Part shown: in pieces, positions 8,438 through 18,348 of the stretch
How the letters are laid out: every line of letters begins with the position of its first letter
Numbering within the stretch: position 1 is the first letter of the stretch
NCBI GenBank assembly: GCA_964347915.1
Contig: CAYGAM010000003.1
Location: forward strand, 1 to 46,894
Source: an uncultured Nitrosopumilaceae archaeon
Lineage (GTDB): Archaea; Thermoproteota; Nitrososphaeria; Nitrososphaerales; Nitrosopumilaceae
Length of the DNA stretch: 46,894 nt
Direction of reading: 5' to 3'
Translations under genes and position numbers: made by a program
Notes under the pieces: generated by a model
Told to the model about the DNA's origin: nothing
Database searches by the model: none
The model's input: only the letters and a program-made list of their open reading frames with translations

Positions 8438-10501
8438 TCAACTCACCAGCAGCAACAGGACTACAAAGAGCAGTCCCGCTCCAAATACAAACAGGTACGA
8501 CTGGGCAGAGCCGGTCTGCGTTCCCTGAACCACGCGGGCGCCCCAGCCTGCTGCCTTTTGCAGCCCGACATTCATTCCATAGTCTATTGCAGTGCGCTCA
8601 AAGTATCTGAATACGCCTCGCGCAAGCCAGAGCGGGGCTACCACAAAGCACCAGTATATTATCGCATTAAGGTACCACCTGTTCAAGAAGAACTTGTGAA
8701 TCGAATAAAGTACGATGCTAGAACCAACAACCCGCTCCGCGCTGACAAGCCGCTTGATGTAAAAGACATACCCCAGTGATATTCCTATTCCAAACGCGGC
8801 CAGCGACGCCATTAGCGCAACAGGATTGATGCCTACCAGCAGTCCGAATGCGAGCATTCCAGTCTCATGATGATCCGTGTGGATTCCAAACGAGTGATCC
8901 AGATACTCTTCAAACAGGTGGTGAAGTTCGGTCTCAAATGCAAGCCCCATGATTCCAATGCCGATTGTAAATGCCGCCAGTATTCCGTACGGCACCCACA
9001 TTGATACGGACGCCTCGTGAAGATGCCCGCTCCTTTCCATTTCCTGGACATGCTTGCTTTTGGGCCCGTAAAATACCATTCCGATCATTCTCATTGTATA
9101 AAATGCGGTAATTACCGCAGTTACAACTGCAATGGCAAAGATGGGCAGCGCCCATGCGCTGGAAGACTCGTACACTGCAGCAAATATTGCGTCCTTGCTC
9201 CAAAAGCCCGTAGTGATAAACGGCGCCCCCATGAGCGCCAGGCCCGCAGCCCACATGAACAGATGCGTCTTTCTCATATAGCGCCGCAGCCCGCCCATGT
9301 CCGTCATGAATCTTGACCCTACGACATGCAGCAGGCTTCCTGCAGCCATAAACAGCGACGCCTTGAACATTGCGTGGGATATAAGGTGGAAGAATCCCGC
9401 CGTGTATCCATCCACAAACTGGTCTGAGAGTCCGGCGATTCCCAGAGCCATCATCATGTATCCAATCTGCGAGCCCGTCGAGTATGCCAGGACTTTTTTT
9501 ATCTCCGGGTTGACCATGCCCTGCGTAGCCAGCATGAGCGCGGTAACGGCCCCCACCCAGGCGACAATCTCAAAGAACTGGTCTGCCAGTATTCCGGCAG
9601 CGCCCAGCGCGAAAAAGAGCGGTCCCAGCCTGGCTACAAGAAAGACTCCCGCCTTGACCATCGTAGCAGCATGAATGAGTGCGGATACTGCCGTAGGTCC
9701 GGTCATTGCTTCCAGCAGCCACTCATTGAGCGGAAACTGCGCCGACTTGCCTATCGCGCCGCCAAAGAGCAGCACGGCTGCAGGTATCAGCAGCCCATTG
9801 GCCGACATTTTAACAGCCCATTCGGTATCAGTTACGAGCTCCTTGAAGCCGAATGTTCCCGCAAATGCAAAGATGAGGAACATTCCTGCCAGCATCATCA
9901 CATCGCCTATCTTTGTCATAATGAACGCCTTCATTCCAGCATGCGTCGGCGAGTAATAGTCAAGCAGTCCCAGCGTCGTGCGGCCTTCTTGGCCGACGTG
10001 ATCCTTTTTCTTGTCGCGGTACCAAAAGCTGATGAGCGCGTACGACGCAAGCCCGACGCCCTCCCATCCAAAGAATACCTGAAGCAGGTTGTCTGAGAGG
10101 ACGATAAGCTGCATTGAACCTATAAAGAACATCATCCAAAACCAGAACCGCACGATATCCTTGTCGCCCTTCATGTATCCCGTACTGTACACCATGATGA
10201 GGAACGATATCCAGCCCACCACGTTTGCCATGATTACTGCAAGCGGGTCAGCCAAGACTCCCGCCTTGAGTCCTATTGCGTTTATCCATGTCAGCTGATC
10301 ATGAACTTCTTGCGCCTCTAGCGCTGCCGGCAAAAGCATTGCGGCCGATATTGCGCTCATCAGTGCGAATCCGACTGCCACGTATCCCGTGCTGTTCCTG
10401 GACATCTTTCCGACCGCAGGAATTATCAGAGCTGCAGCAAACGGAATTATCCATATCAGCCAGGCTGCCATGTCAACTTGGATTCCAAAGAGTTCTACCA
10501 T
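8438..10501 (-). CDS. nuoL: NADH-quinone oxidoreductase subunit L
   Basis: 687 aa, the longest antiporter-like subunit. NuoL-type motif PLNEWLLEAMTGPTAVSALIHAATMVKAGVFL. Confidence 0.9.
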   Translation of the reverse strand: MVELFGIQVDMAAWLIWIIPFAAALIIPAVGKMSRNSTGYVAVGFALMSAISAAMLLPAALEAQEVHDQLTWINAIGLKAGVLADPLAVIMANVVGWISFLIMVYSTGYMKGDKDIVRFWFWMMFFIGSMQLIVLSDNLLQVFFGWEGVGLASYALISFWYRDKKKDHVGQEGRTTLGLLDYYSPTHAGMKAFIMTKIGDVMMLAGMFLIFAFAGTFGFKELVTDTEWAVKMSANGLLIPAAVLLFGGAIGKSAQFPLNEWLLEAMTGPTAVSALIHAATMVKAGVFLVARLGPLFFALGAAGILADQFFEIVAWVGAVTALMLATQGMVNPEIKKVLAYSTGSQIGYMMMALGIAGLSDQFVDGYTAGFFHLISHAMFKASLFMAAGSLLHVVGSRFMTDMGGLRRYMRKTHLFMWAAGLALMGAPFITTGFWSKDAIFAAVYESSSAWALPIFAIAVVTAVITAFYTMRMIGMVFYGPKSKHVQEMERSGHLHEASVSMWVPYGILAAFTIGIGIMGLAFETELHHLFEEYLDHSFGIHTDHHETGMLAFGLLVGINPVALMASLAAFGIGISLGYVFYIKRLVSAERVVGSSIVLYSIHKFFLNRWYLNAIIYWCFVVAPLWLARGVFRYFERTAIDYGMNVGLQKAAGWGARVVQGTQTGSAQSYLFVFGAGLLFVVLLLLVS

Positions 10502-10676
10502 GGTGCGGCGCTCCGTTCAGTTGCAAATGAGGCTTTAGCCAAGAGATGCGGCATTGCGGCGCAGCGCGTCCCAGAAACGGAAACAGTGCGTCCGGAAATG
10601 CAGCCTGAAGCGGCATGTTCAGCAGGAATGAGGCAGGCTGTACTGCAGGCAAATGCTGCGTGCGGCATGCATGCTG

Positions 10677-12218
10677 TCATCTTGGCGCCACTCCCTCCAT
10701 GTAGGGTACAATGCTCTCAAAGAAGATATCAGGATATATCCCAAGCACGACTGTAAATCCTGCCAGCACCATCATCGGCGCCAGCATGTACCAGCTGCCC
10801 TCCTTGACATTAGTCAGATTGGACGGCATCTTGCCAAAGAATATGCGCTTTAGCATCCAGAGCATGTACGACATTGTAAGCGCCGTAGCAACAAGCCCGA
10901 GCCCGAATGTCACGTATCGCAGCTCAGACTCTTCAAATATCGCAGTCTCAAGGGCGCCGTAAAAGACAAACCACTCGCCCATGAATCCGCTTGTAGGCGG
11001 CACTCCCATTATTGTAAGGGCTCCTATGACGGCGCAAACAGCTGTTATCGGCATCTTTCCTGCCAGCCCCCCCAGCTTTGAGATGCTTCTTGTGCCGACG
11101 CGGACTATCAGGACTCCGGCGGTCATAAAGAGCAGCCCCTTGCCCAGGGCGTGCGTAACATACATCATCTCGGCTCCTGCAAGCCCCATGGAAGATGCAG
11201 TGCCTATGCCAAAGAGCAGGTATCCCATCTGGCTTATGCTGGAATAGGCCAAGAGCCGCTTGAGGTCGTCTTGCATGAGCGCCATCGCTCCGCCGTATAT
11301 CATGGTAGCCAGCCCCCAGACATGAAACCATACAGAGAGATCCGCATATGCCGACGGCAGCAGCTCAATTACAAGCCTGAATATTCCATATGCGCCAATC
11401 CCAATCATTACCGGAGACAAAAGGGCGCTAATCGGCGTAGGAGCTGCGCCGTGCACCCAGGGCAGCCATATGTGGAACATGAATGCTGCAAGCTTGACTC
11501 CAAGCCCGATTGATATTGCGACTGCAGATGCAAGCAGTATGTCGGAGGGTATCAGCGACTCGTCGATATCTGCAAAGTCAAAGCTGCCTACCGCAAATCC
11601 AATTGCAAGAAATCCCAGCAGCAGGATTACTGCGCCCACATGCGTCCAGAACAAGAACATGAGAGCAATCTTGCGGCGGGGCCCGTCTCCCCAGAATGCG
11701 ACAAGGAAAAAGCCTGGAATCAGCATGACCTCAAAAAATACGTAAAACTGTATCAGGTTCGTAGAGAGTATGGTTCCAAGCATTCCCATTGCAAATACAA
11801 GGTACAGCGCAAAGTATACGCCGGACTGCTTGTTGACATAGTCTTCCTCGCCTGCGAGGACCTGCTCGGTGCGGCCTCCCGCTGCAATCTGCATCTCTGC
11901 ATACTGCTCTTTGAACTTGTGCACCATGTACGGCCTAGAGTACAGCGCCAGTATTGCGCTCAAAACGTAAATCATTACGGCAAACGGCATTGCCAGCCCG
12001 TCCATCTTGAGTCCAAACTCGCCAAAGAGATCGTTCCACGGATAGTACGATTCTATCGTACCGTTTAGTGCAGGCAGAATTACCAGGACGGTACAGTAGA
12101 GAAGCAGTCCGAATGAAAACCATGTTGCGATTCGCGCCCCGTACCGCCTGCCCAGGAAATACGCCAAAGGCGAGAGCAATAGAGGCAGGAAGACCGCCTG
12201 CAGCAGTTCCAGGCTCAT
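10677..12218 (-). CDS. nuoM: NADH-quinone oxidoreductase subunit M
   Basis: 513 aa. NuoM-type motif HIWLPWVHGAAPTPISALLSPVMIGIGAYG. The stop abuts the nuoK region. Confidence 0.85.
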   Translation of the reverse strand: MSLELLQAVFLPLLLSPLAYFLGRRYGARIATWFSFGLLLYCTVLVILPALNGTIESYYPWNDLFGEFGLKMDGLAMPFAVMIYVLSAILALYSRPYMVHKFKEQYAEMQIAAGGRTEQVLAGEEDYVNKQSGVYFALYLVFAMGMLGTILSTNLIQFYVFFEVMLIPGFFLVAFWGDGPRRKIALMFLFWTHVGAVILLLGFLAIGFAVGSFDFADIDESLIPSDILLASAVAISIGLGVKLAAFMFHIWLPWVHGAAPTPISALLSPVMIGIGAYGIFRLVIELLPSAYADLSVWFHVWGLATMIYGGAMALMQDDLKRLLAYSSISQMGYLLFGIGTASSMGLAGAEMMYVTHALGKGLLFMTAGVLIVRVGTRSISKLGGLAGKMPITAVCAVIGALTIMGVPPTSGFMGEWFVFYGALETAIFEESELRYVTFGLGLVATALTMSYMLWMLKRIFFGKMPSNLTNVKEGSWYMLAPMMVLAGFTVVLGIYPDIFFESIVPYMEGVAPR

Positions 12219-12523
12219 TACCCTTTCAGGCTCCTAAACTCGGCTACATCCACATTCTTCCACATCCTGTACGCTACGATTATCAGCGACAGTCCGACTG
12301 CCACCTCTGCAGCGGCTATTGCAATTGAGAAGAGCGCAAGGGACTGCCCGCCGCTGTGGGGCAGAAATCTTGCAAATGCTATCAGGTTCAAGTTTGCCGC
12401 ATTGATTACAATCTCAACTGCAAAGAGCATGCGCAGTGCATTCCGCTTGACTGCCAGTCCGTATATCCCTATTGCCAGCAGGGCTATGGATATGATGACA
12501 AAGTCAATCAGCTCGTTGCTCAT
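12218..12523 (-). CDS. nuoK: NADH-quinone oxidoreductase subunit K
   Basis: 101 aa with three TM helices. Contains LFAVEIVINAANLNLIAF, typical of NuoK/ND4L. Confidence 0.9.
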   Translation of the reverse strand: MSNELIDFVIISIALLAIGIYGLAVKRNALRMLFAVEIVINAANLNLIAFARFLPHSGGQSLALFSIAIAAAEVAVGLSLIIVAYRMWKNVDVAEFRSLKG

Positions 12524-13025
12524 TTTGAATATCCTCCCGCTTTGCTAAAACCAGCGCTCCCGTAACCGCTCCCGCCAGTATCAGGGCCATTGCCACCAGG
12601 GCAGGCCAATAATACGTGACAAAGTCAGTTCCAATATCCCGAAAGTCTGCCGCCGGTTCATCCGTCGTAATGCTCTTTACTCCAGAGTCCAGTATTACGG
12701 CGCCAAGAGACACCATTATCACAAGCATCAGCCCGATGCCGGCCCACCGCCTCTTTGGATCCTCGATCTTTGTGAAGATTAGTTCGCGTTTTACCACCAT
12801 TACAGTAAACATGATCAAAACGGCTATCGACCCAACGTATACCGCTATCTGGAACAGTGCAACAAACGGCGAGTCCAAGAGAAGAAAGAGCCCCGCCACG
12901 CCGCCGAGCATTCCCATGAGCGCGATTGAACCGTATATCAGGGATCGCAACTCCAGCGCGGCTATTGCGCTGCCGATTGTAAGTACGGCAAGAGCCAGCA
13001 GCGGCGCGTCAGCCATGCGTGGCAC
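12504..13025 (-). CDS. nuoJ: NADH-quinone oxidoreductase subunit J
   Basis: 173-aa membrane protein between nuoI and nuoK. ND6-like N-terminal helices (GSIALMGMLGGVAGLFLLL, FVALFQIAVYVGSIAVL). Confidence 0.8.
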   Translation of the reverse strand: MPRMADAPLLALAVLTIGSAIAALELRSLIYGSIALMGMLGGVAGLFLLLDSPFVALFQIAVYVGSIAVLIMFTVMVVKRELIFTKIEDPKRRWAGIGLMLVIMVSLGAVILDSGVKSITTDEPAADFRDIGTDFVTYYWPALVAMALILAGAVTGALVLAKREDIQNEQRAD

Positions 13026-13506
13026 CCCTGTCGGTTATTACGATTTCTGCGTCCTGCGAGACGTCCGGCTTTACTGCAAGCTGCTGCGGCGTGTATATCA
13101 GTCCCTCTTTTGAGAACGACGAGAGCTCGTAATCATTTGTCATGTACAATGCATAAAACGGGCATGCGTCAACGCACAGTCCGCAGAATACGCACTTGCC
13201 ATAGTCAATCTGGGGCATTATTGATTTTTTATTCTGCTTCCACTCTTCCTGCACTTTTACCATGCCTATGGCTTCTGCCACTCCCTCGCATGCAATGGAG
13301 CAGAGCTGGCATCCCGTGCACTTGTCGTGAAACAGCATGTGCCTGCCTTTGAGGCCGGCTATGCCTACTCCTGTTACAGGGTCGAATCGATACCCGTCGC
13401 CTGCAAACTTTAGCTTCTGCTCAGGGTATCGCAGAGTAAACCGGCGTATTGCAATGTGCTTTATTCCAGAGTTGAGCGCGCGAACAATTCCGCTAGCAGT
13501 GCCCAT
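13009..13506 (-). CDS. nuoI: NADH-quinone oxidoreductase subunit I (2x[4Fe-4S] ferredoxin)
   Basis: Two CxxCxxCxxxC(P/E) motifs, CTGCQLCSIACE and CVFCGLCVDACP. Confidence 0.9.
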   Translation of the reverse strand: MGTASGIVRALNSGIKHIAIRRFTLRYPEQKLKFAGDGYRFDPVTGVGIAGLKGRHMLFHDKCTGCQLCSIACEGVAEAIGMVKVQEEWKQNKKSIMPQIDYGKCVFCGLCVDACPFYALYMTNDYELSSFSKEGLIYTPQQLAVKPDVSQDAEIVITDRGATHG

Positions 13507-14876
13507 TACAACACGCCTCCCGATCCAACGACTTCAGGAAGAGGCATGTGCTGAGCTATAAAGATGTTCATAAAATTCTGCTGGAAGAATGCGGCAGGAT
13601 CCTGCACTGCATACAGGATGCCAAGCGCCATGAATATGTTGACAAACGCCAGTCCTATCAGCTTAAACCAGCCTATTTCAAGGAGCATGTCTATGCGGAT
13701 TCGAGGAAAGACTCCGCGCGGCAGCAGGATGAAGAATATCACGCCGGCGGTCTTGAGCACAAACCAGAGCACGTCGTTTAGCATTTCCGCGCTAAAGAGC
13801 GGCAGCCCCTGAATCTGTATGGTAATAGGTCCGGCGGCAATGCCTTCGGTTATGATCTCTTCAGGGAACGGAGGGATTATCTGCGGGCCGCTCCAGCCGC
13901 CCAGAAACAAAACGACAAAGAGCGCTGCAAACGCGTACAGTTTTACGTACGAGCCCAGTTGGACTAAACCGTACATCATGCCTGACAGTTCAGTAAGCCA
14001 GCCTGCCACAATCTCGCTCTCGGCTTCGGGCAGGTCAAATGGTATGCGTTCAAGCTCAGCTAGCGCGCATATGAAGAATACAATGCCGCCTATCGGCAGC
14101 AGTATCAGCCACGGAAGAAACGGCTGCGATGCGCCAATTTCAGTCAGGCTCAATGTTCCCGTAAGAATGACTACGCCCAGGCACGAGAGTATCAGCGGAA
14201 TTTCAAACGATATCATCTGGTGAAGCGCGCGTATGCCGCCGATAAAGGGAAATTTCGAGTTGGCCGACCATGCCAAAAGCATCGTAATAATAGGAAAGAA
14301 TCCGATTACGGCAAATACGGCAACAAGTCCGATATCAACGTCGGCTACCACCCAGTTTGGCGCAACTGGAATGAGAGCTACGAACGCTGCTGCCGTTCCT
14401 ACAAAGAGAAGCGGCGCTGCAATAAAGAGCGGCTTGTCGGCCTTTGCCGGTATGATTATCTCCTTTGATATCAGTTTCAGTCCGTCTCCCATAAGCTGCA
14501 GTATTCCCTCCACCTTTCCGCAGTAAAACGGGCCTACCCGAAGCTGCAGCTTGGCAAGCAATTTTCGCTCAACGAATATGGTAGCAGCTGCCAGCAGCGC
14601 TGCAAAGCCGAATCCTGGAAATACTGCAACGCGAAATATGTCGCTGGTCATGAGCGCATGCACCATCGGCAGCGTTCGGGACGGGTCGGCAAGCCATGTC
14701 AGCGCAAGAAACGGGTTTACCAGCTCGCCGTCTACTATGGGCAGCGGCACGTAGAAGAGTATGATCTGAATGAGCGGTATTCCCGCAAGCGTGGCCAGGA
14801 CTATTATCCAGAATACGTTGTCCAGGATTGAGCGAATGAACTCGCTGAGCTTGAATCTGGGAGCAATAACGGACAT
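13506..14876 (-). CDS. nuoH: NADH-quinone oxidoreductase subunit H (long form)
   Basis: 456 aa. The conserved ERKLLAKLQLRVGP block begins only near residue 103. ND1/NuoH blocks FEIPL and RIPFDLPEAESE are present. Confidence 0.9.
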   Translation of the reverse strand: MSVIAPRFKLSEFIRSILDNVFWIIVLATLAGIPLIQIILFYVPLPIVDGELVNPFLALTWLADPSRTLPMVHALMTSDIFRVAVFPGFGFAALLAAATIFVERKLLAKLQLRVGPFYCGKVEGILQLMGDGLKLISKEIIIPAKADKPLFIAAPLLFVGTAAAFVALIPVAPNWVVADVDIGLVAVFAVIGFFPIITMLLAWSANSKFPFIGGIRALHQMISFEIPLILSCLGVVILTGTLSLTEIGASQPFLPWLILLPIGGIVFFICALAELERIPFDLPEAESEIVAGWLTELSGMMYGLVQLGSYVKLYAFAALFVVLFLGGWSGPQIIPPFPEEIITEGIAAGPITIQIQGLPLFSAEMLNDVLWFVLKTAGVIFFILLPRGVFPRIRIDMLLEIGWFKLIGLAFVNIFMALGILYAVQDPAAFFQQNFMNIFIAQHMPLPEVVGSGGVL

Positions 14877-16009
14877 TACCTGTCGGCCTCCACCGGCCAG
14901 TAGTTTAGGCTCCAGTATACGGACGGCATGTTGCCAAGCTTTTCTCCCTTGAGCAGGTACGGCATGCAGATTAAATTCCTAAAGGAGCCGACGCTCATCT
15001 TTACCCTGTACGGTTCCGGCCTGCTCTTGGATACTATATAGCATCCGAGCGAGCCTCGTCCCGACTCTACTCTGCGGTATGCAGACTCGTCTCCTCCCTT
15101 GGGGTTTGGCTTTAGCTTTACGCGGACGGAACCGGACTTTGGCATTTTTTGGAGCGCCTGCCTTATGATGTTGCAGCTCTCAAGCATGTCCAGCCACGGC
15201 ACTTTGGATCTTGCGTACGAGTCGCCTGACTTCATCACATTTGTGTGAATGTCAAGCTCCTCGTATGCGTCGTACGGCTCCTTTATTCGCAGGTCATAGT
15301 CTACGCCGCTCGCGCGCAGGACAGAGCCCGTAGTGCCGAGGCGCACGGCATCGGTCCTGGACAGCACTCCCGTGTCTCTTGTTCTTGATATCAGAACGGG
15401 ATTGTCATAGAATACGTCCCCGTATTCCCGAAGGCGCTTTTCAAAGTAGTTTACCTGCCTTAGGCATACGTCCTCAAAATTTGCCGGAACATCGTTGCGC
15501 GTGCCGCCCGGCACAAAGTATGCATGGGTTACCCTGGCGCCGGTCATCTTTTCCATCAGATCTATCAAGAGTTCGCGGTCGCCTGCAGGCCACATGAACA
15601 TGGTAGAGTGCCCCAGAAAGATTCCATATATTGCAAGCCAGTACTGCGTATAGATGCAGCGGTTCAGTTCGGACGCGATGACGCGAACATATTTGGCGCG
15701 TTCCGGCACCTCAATTCCCAGCAGGTCTTCGACTCCCAAGCAGTACGGGTACAATACATTGCAGGAATCGTGGATTACCGGGCGCTCAAGGTGCGGGATG
15801 TTAGTGATATAGTTTCGGTATTCGGCCATCTTTTCTTCGCCCCGGTGAACGTATCCTGGGTCGGGATCGCACGATACGATATAGTCGCCGTCCACCTTTA
15901 TTATCAGCCGCATGTGGCCCGAGCCCGGATGCTGCGGGCCTACGCTGAGCGTCATTATTCTGTCGTCTATCGGCTCAATATCAAGTCCTGGCGGAAGCTG
16001 GCGGCTCAT
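14876..16009 (-). CDS. nuoD: NADH-quinone oxidoreductase subunit D (49-kDa)
   Basis: 377 aa. LSVGPQHPGSGHMRL at the N-terminus and a C-terminal ...YWPVEADR, typical of NuoD/[NiFe]-hydrogenase large-subunit-like proteins. Confidence 0.9.
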   Translation of the reverse strand: MSRQLPPGLDIEPIDDRIMTLSVGPQHPGSGHMRLIIKVDGDYIVSCDPDPGYVHRGEEKMAEYRNYITNIPHLERPVIHDSCNVLYPYCLGVEDLLGIEVPERAKYVRVIASELNRCIYTQYWLAIYGIFLGHSTMFMWPAGDRELLIDLMEKMTGARVTHAYFVPGGTRNDVPANFEDVCLRQVNYFEKRLREYGDVFYDNPVLISRTRDTGVLSRTDAVRLGTTGSVLRASGVDYDLRIKEPYDAYEELDIHTNVMKSGDSYARSKVPWLDMLESCNIIRQALQKMPKSGSVRVKLKPNPKGGDESAYRRVESGRGSLGCYIVSKSRPEPYRVKMSVGSFRNLICMPYLLKGEKLGNMPSVYWSLNYWPVEADR

Positions 16010-16010
16010 C

Positions 16011-16538
16011 TTATCTTCCCTTTATCTTAAAGTCCTTGCGCAGCGGCGGCAGATCCGCCCAGTCCTCCGGCAGCAGCAGCCTTCGGTTGTCCGGATGCCC
16101 TTCAAAGTAGACTCCGAGCATCTCAAAGCACTCTCTTTCATGAAACTCAACGCTGTAAAAGATGTCTCGCAGGCTGGGCATCCTGGACGAGTCTCTGCCT
16201 GGCTTGGGATTCTCTTCCCTGGGCACCCTTGTTGAGAGTTCAAGAATGTGCCCTGCAAGCGCAATGTCCGAGTATGATCCAAGATGGTACGTGATCTCAA
16301 TCTCACTGTCCTGCGGATAGTCTGTTCCGGTTACAGATTCCGCATGATCAAAGCCCAGATCGTCCCGGACAAACCGGGCTACGTCCAGCACGTCTTTTCT
16401 TTTTGCAGATACGGCGATTCTGCCGCTTCGCGGCGCCGATACGGGCGCCCTCTCTCCAAACTTTGCAGAAATTTTTTCAGTCAGGCGCCTGTCAAATTCC
16501 GGCAGCTCCTTCTTTGCTGCGGGCGCTTGGCTGCTCAT
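16011..16538 (-). CDS. nuoC: NADH-quinone oxidoreductase subunit C (30-kDa)
   Basis: 175 aa. Contains FHERECFEMLGVYFEGHPDNRRLLLPEDW, the conserved NuoC block. Confidence 0.9.
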   Translation of the reverse strand: MSSQAPAAKKELPEFDRRLTEKISAKFGERAPVSAPRSGRIAVSAKRKDVLDVARFVRDDLGFDHAESVTGTDYPQDSEIEITYHLGSYSDIALAGHILELSTRVPREENPKPGRDSSRMPSLRDIFYSVEFHERECFEMLGVYFEGHPDNRRLLLPEDWADLPPLRKDFKIKGR

Positions 16539-17062
16539 TATACCGTCTTCCTGGCACGCATTCTCTTGATCTTTTCCTGCAAAAGCATGCAGCCCTGTAT
16601 CAGGGTCTCGGGTCTTGGCGGACAGCCTGGGACATAGACATCTACAGGAAGCACATTGTCTATGCCTGGCAGCACGTTGTACGAGTCAAAGTAGAGCCCG
16701 CCGGTGATTGCGCATGCGCCCATTGCCACTACATACTTTGGCTCCGGCATCTGATCATACACCAGGCGAAGCCTTGGCGCCATCTTTCTGGTTATTGTTC
16801 CCTGGACTACGATAAGGTCGCACTGCCGCAGCGAGCCGAATGCCTCAATTATTCCAAACCGCTCAACATCGTACCTTGGGCCGGATGCAGCTCCAAACTC
16901 TACGCTGCAGCAGGCAGTTTCGATATGCACAGGCCAAAGCGACCAGATGCGGCCCCAGTTGAGCGCGTATCCGAGCGGCTTGTCTATCGCCTTTTCAAGT
17001 ATGTCGCCGAGCTTGCCGACAAAGACATTGGCATTCTGGGGCGTTATGAGATCCTTGATCAT
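16538..17062 (-). CDS. nuoB: NADH-quinone oxidoreductase subunit B (20-kDa, N2 cluster)
   Basis: 174 aa. The cluster ligand motifs are CCSVEF, GACA and GCPPRPE. Confidence 0.9.
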   Translation of the reverse strand: MIKDLITPQNANVFVGKLGDILEKAIDKPLGYALNWGRIWSLWPVHIETACCSVEFGAASGPRYDVERFGIIEAFGSLRQCDLIVVQGTITRKMAPRLRLVYDQMPEPKYVVAMGACAITGGLYFDSYNVLPGIDNVLPVDVYVPGCPPRPETLIQGCMLLQEKIKRMRARKTV

Positions 17063-17090
17063 TGTACAACGCGCCTCTCATGATGCCGGG

Positions 17091-17465
17091 CTACCAAATG
17101 TTGCGCCTCCGCGTCTGGTGCAGAGCAAACGCCATGGCTGCGAACATTATTGCAAGAAATGCCATGATTGGCAGAATTGACTCTGGAGGCAGGCTTAGGA
17201 GGGCGCTGCCCCAGGCGTATAGGAATATTGCCATGACATCAAAGACTACAAACATGAGAATGTATGCATAATACTGCATCATAAAGTGGGTTCTGCCCTG
17301 GCCGCTTGGAACCTGGCCGCACTCCATTGGCAGGAACTTTACCGGATTGGGCCTCTTGCGCGGCGAGACCATTCTTGAGATGAGCAGTGCTGGCGCAGTT
17401 GCGGCAACGGCAAAGCCAAACATCATAACAATTGGACTATAACTTGCCGCTATTTCGCCCACCAA
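17091..17465 (-). CDS. nuoA: NADH-quinone oxidoreductase subunit A
   Basis: 124 aa with three TM helices and the ND3/NuoA signature FLPMECG. It is the first gene of the operon. Confidence 0.85.
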   Translation of the reverse strand: MVGEIAASYSPIVMMFGFAVAATAPALLISRMVSPRKRPNPVKFLPMECGQVPSGQGRTHFMMQYYAYILMFVVFDVMAIFLYAWGSALLSLPPESILPIMAFLAIMFAAMAFALHQTRRRNIW

Positions 17466-17490
17466 GGTGTTTTTGAAAGTTCCCAGATTC

Positions 17491-17498
17491 TATAAAAA
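17491..17498 (-). promoter_or_regulatory. Candidate TATA box of the nuo operon (leaderless-type spacing)
   Basis: The minus strand reads TTTTTATAG, centred about 29 nt upstream of the nuoA ATG (17465). An adjacent inverted repeat CAGAATT-N8-AATTCTG lies at about 17504-17525. Confidence 0.35.
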
Positions 17499-17983
17499 CG
17501 TATGCAGAATTTGAAATAAAATTCTGTAACAGAATTTTGCGCCGATGCGCAAAGGACCTGGCGCGCCTGGGCGGCGCGGCGCAAAGCTGCTGGCCGCGCG
17601 CGCATCCGATGCAGCTTTGCACAAGGCGCAGGCCGCGCTCCTGAATCGCGCATGCAGACGAGCAGGTGCCAGCGCCGGCAGCTGAAATATTTGCGGCTCG
17701 CCGAAAGCGCAGGACGCATGCCTTGTCAGAGAATTGGACGCGCATGCAGGGCTGGCTTGTGAAATGCTGCAGGCAGAACGGCACAGATGAAATGGCATGG
17801 CCGGAACGGCGCGGTCAAGGCGACGCGGACAGAAAGAGCGCGGCATGGGACGGAACGAACGACAGAATGGAGCATGGGATGAAATGAAGCGCATGGCGAA
17901 ATGAAGCACGGAACTCGTCAGGAAGATGTTTTGATCATTCTTATTTTCGCGCAGAATGTGCCGGCCTGTCATTCTCACAAGGT

Positions 17984-18010
17984 GCGGTACATGCGGTACA
18001 TGCGGTACAT
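17984..18010. repeat. Three perfect tandem copies of the 9-mer gcggtacat
   Basis: Read directly: gcggtacat at 17984, 17993 and 18002, inside an ORF-poor G+C-rich spacer. Confidence 0.85.
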
Positions 18011-18348
18011 GCGCACTGCACGGTGCTGCATCTCAAGTCCAGAAAAATACAGTCTAGTCTTGGATCTTGTCACAGCTCAAGCATATTGCAATATCATTCT
18101 GCGTACGCTGCGCCGCAGGCAATGTGCGGCAAGAACGCCTGCCAGATGTTATTATTACGCCGCCAGGCATAGCATGAAATTCAGGCAGTTTTGCGGACGC
18201 ATCGGCAAAGCGTCATGAGCCGCATGCGCCAGCAATATTCTTTTCCAGATTATACAGGGCATGCTTGGCAGGAGCAGTCCTGCACTCGTCGCAGATAAAA
18301 ACATCCTTTGCGTTATGCTTTTCACTAGGCACTAATACACTACAGTTT

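Noticed and set aside
6695-10096. Many plus-strand ORFs of 60-190 aa (for example 6695..7141, 7420..7968, 8125..8610, 9297..9674, 9671..10096) overlapping nuoN/nuoL
   Set aside because: They are shadow frames of long, motif-verified membrane genes on the minus strand, with Arg/Ser/His-rich non-protein-like sequence.
16403-17083. 226-aa plus-strand ORF across nuoB/nuoC
   Set aside because: It is antisense to two motif-verified nuo genes and has no domain signature.
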